From Adineta vaga (Eukaryota > Animalia > Rotifera): a stretch of 64,000 nucleotides of DNA. The notes under the pieces were generated by a model. The model saw only the letters and a program-made list of their open reading frames with translations. It had not been told where the DNA came from and did no database searches. The DNA lies in contig CP075497.1 in the NCBI GenBank assembly GCA_021613535.1, forward strand, positions 1,736,001-1,800,000. The letters run 5' to 3'. The position numbers and the translations under genes are program-made. Positions within the stretch are counted from its first letter, which is position 1. Each line of letters begins with the position of its first letter. Shown here piece after piece: positions 62,097-64,000 of this stretch.

Positions 62097-62264
62097 CATA
62101 TACAGCATCTCCTAGGTATATGAACGTGTAAATGGCATCGATAAAATGTTCTTTTCTTTTCATGAATCATTTATATATCAATCTAATAGAATTTCTGATT
62201 GCTTATTTCTGGTTAATTAATTTTGTCATTTACATGTCTTTTTTTCTTCTCTAGTTATAAACTA

Positions 62265-64000
62265 ATGGCAGATATTTCACTCACTAGTAGATCTCATGAA
62301 CAAATGGAAAATTCTACTAGTGATGTAATGTCAATAGGTAAAATTAAATATTCCAAGTCAAGGTTGAACAATTCTCTTTTTAGTCATTGAAAATAACAAT
62401 TCTACAAATAAATTAAATGAAATTTCAACTGTATCAATCGGCGTTGGTCCAGATGAAACTTTACCAATTGAAGAATATGTAAGTTTTTAAAGAAAAGAAT
62501 TTAAGAAGAATTTTGTTTCTATCGATAGACATATGTCGGTGATATTTATGATGAAAAAAAACATGGTAAAGGTATTTTATCTTATTCCGATGGTCGAAAA
62601 TATACAGGTGCTTTTTTTGCTGATCGACGTCATGGTTTTGGTATATTTCATACACCAAATATATCAGAATTCAAGGTTTTATATTCAAAGCAACATCTTC
62701 ATTTTATTTTTGAACTTTTTCTTTTAGGGTTTGTATTGTCATGATGAAAGATTCGGTCCTGGAATTTTACTTTATCAAAAACTTCAAAGTGCAGATGTTG
62801 GCTTATGGTTAAGTGAAGATCTTATTCGTTTATTATATCCACATCCAAAATTAATATTAGATATTCATATAACTGAAAAACGAACTTCAAATTCTTTTTC
62901 ATCACAAACACTTTCATGGTATTCTTCCGAAGAATTACTTCGAACTGTAACAGATTTTCATTTTCTCTTACATAAAAAATCTCCATTACGTTTCTTTCAA
63001 CAAATTTCAACTGATAAAACATTCTTATCTCGTTATGTCAATGAACATAGCGAAGGTATGAACGAAGCTTTGCTTCCTAAACGAAAAGAATTAGATGCTT
63101 ATCTCTCAAGTATTGATGAAAATGTCCTTTCAACTGAACGAATAACTGATATTTCTTCTCCAAATGAAACATATGAACAACAACGATTGTATAATTATTT
63201 AAATAAATTTTGGCCATTAAAACAACGAGCATCATTTCCAATCGATGATATTATAACAAGTAATTGAACTTTCTGGAACGAATCATTATGTTTTCATTTC
63301 TTCTTAGATACTCGTTCTTCCTTTCCAAATCCTGGTCCATTAGAAAATGCTTCTTTAAATCTTTTTGAATTATCTTATTATGGTTATGAAAAAGAAGTTC
63401 GTCAGTTGCTCATACAACGGTTCGTTTATGTCGATGTTTGTGATTCTCAAGGTTTAACAGCTTTACATTTTGCAACTTATCAACTTCATTTAAATATTCT
63501 CAATACATTGTTGGATTTTGGTGCAAATGTTAATCAATTATCGGATGAAAATTTAACTCCATTGATGATTTCATGTCTTCTTTATTATGGAAATGATTAT
63601 TTACAAACGATTAATCTCGCATTAGAACATAAAGATCCTTCGATACCAAATCCTCGAGTTTTACTTTCGAAAGATAAAAATGGTCTAACAATATTCAAAC
63701 AAGAACCGATCGATATTATAATCGATGAAATGAAATTACCAGAAACATTAGAAACAATGAAAATTCATGATTCGGAGAGAAATAGTAAGACATAATCGAA
63801 TCAATTAATCTTACTTTCTTAAATCTTCTAGATTCATATGGATTTCACTTAACAGATAATCTTCGTGAATGTATACGTGATGCACAATATCGTGAACGTG
63901 TTTACTCAGTTATTGTGTACGAAATTCTTTTTGGTTAAAAAGACACTTTTTTAGTATATTTAAAATTAATTTAGTCTTCTTCTTCGTCGTGGTGCTGATC
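62265..64000 (+). CDS. ANKMY1: Ankyrin repeat and MYND domain protein 1-like (MORN repeats + ankyrin); 5' part, runs off the window
   Basis: MORN repeats YVGDIYDEKKHGKGILSYSDGRKYTGAFFADRRHGFG...GLYCHDERFGPGILLY...DVGLW; ankyrin VDVCDSQGLTALHFA...LLDFGANVNQLSDENLTPL. Confidence 0.85.

Overview
AT-rich eukaryotic (animal) genomic DNA, gene-dense, with many very short (about 50-70 nt) GT-AG introns, tandem rhodopsin-like GPCRs and intron-containing genes from bacterial or fungal families. This combination is most consistent with a bdelloid rotifer (inference). Gene order: beta-arrestin (-); a Cys-less pentameric ligand-gated ion channel (-) with a nested 4-TM gene in intron 1; a secreted CBM14/EGF Gln-rich protein; WAC-like; HAUS5-like plus a decayed duplicate; an auxilin-like gene hosting a U6 snRNA gene; two GPCR pairs and a singleton; glutaredoxin; a bacterial-type ADP-glucose pyrophosphorylase (GlgC); an intronless orphan secreted protein; a VIT-vWA protein; squalene synthase; a non-autonomous hAT element; an alpha-arrestin; RABGAP1; DDAH; a plant/fungal-type sterol glucosyltransferase; and the 5' part of ANKMY1. 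Most striking observations: (1) a complete U6 gene with its own TATA fits in a 233-nt intron, and its oligo-T terminator is the polypyrimidine tract of the host 3' splice site; (2) beta-arrestin has two paralogous 73-nt mutually exclusive exons covering the C-loop and phosphoinositide-binding strand; (3) an intron-containing, catalytically intact GlgC in an animal, near other foreign-looking glucose and sterol genes. All calls come from manual reading and motif recognition; no database searches were run.
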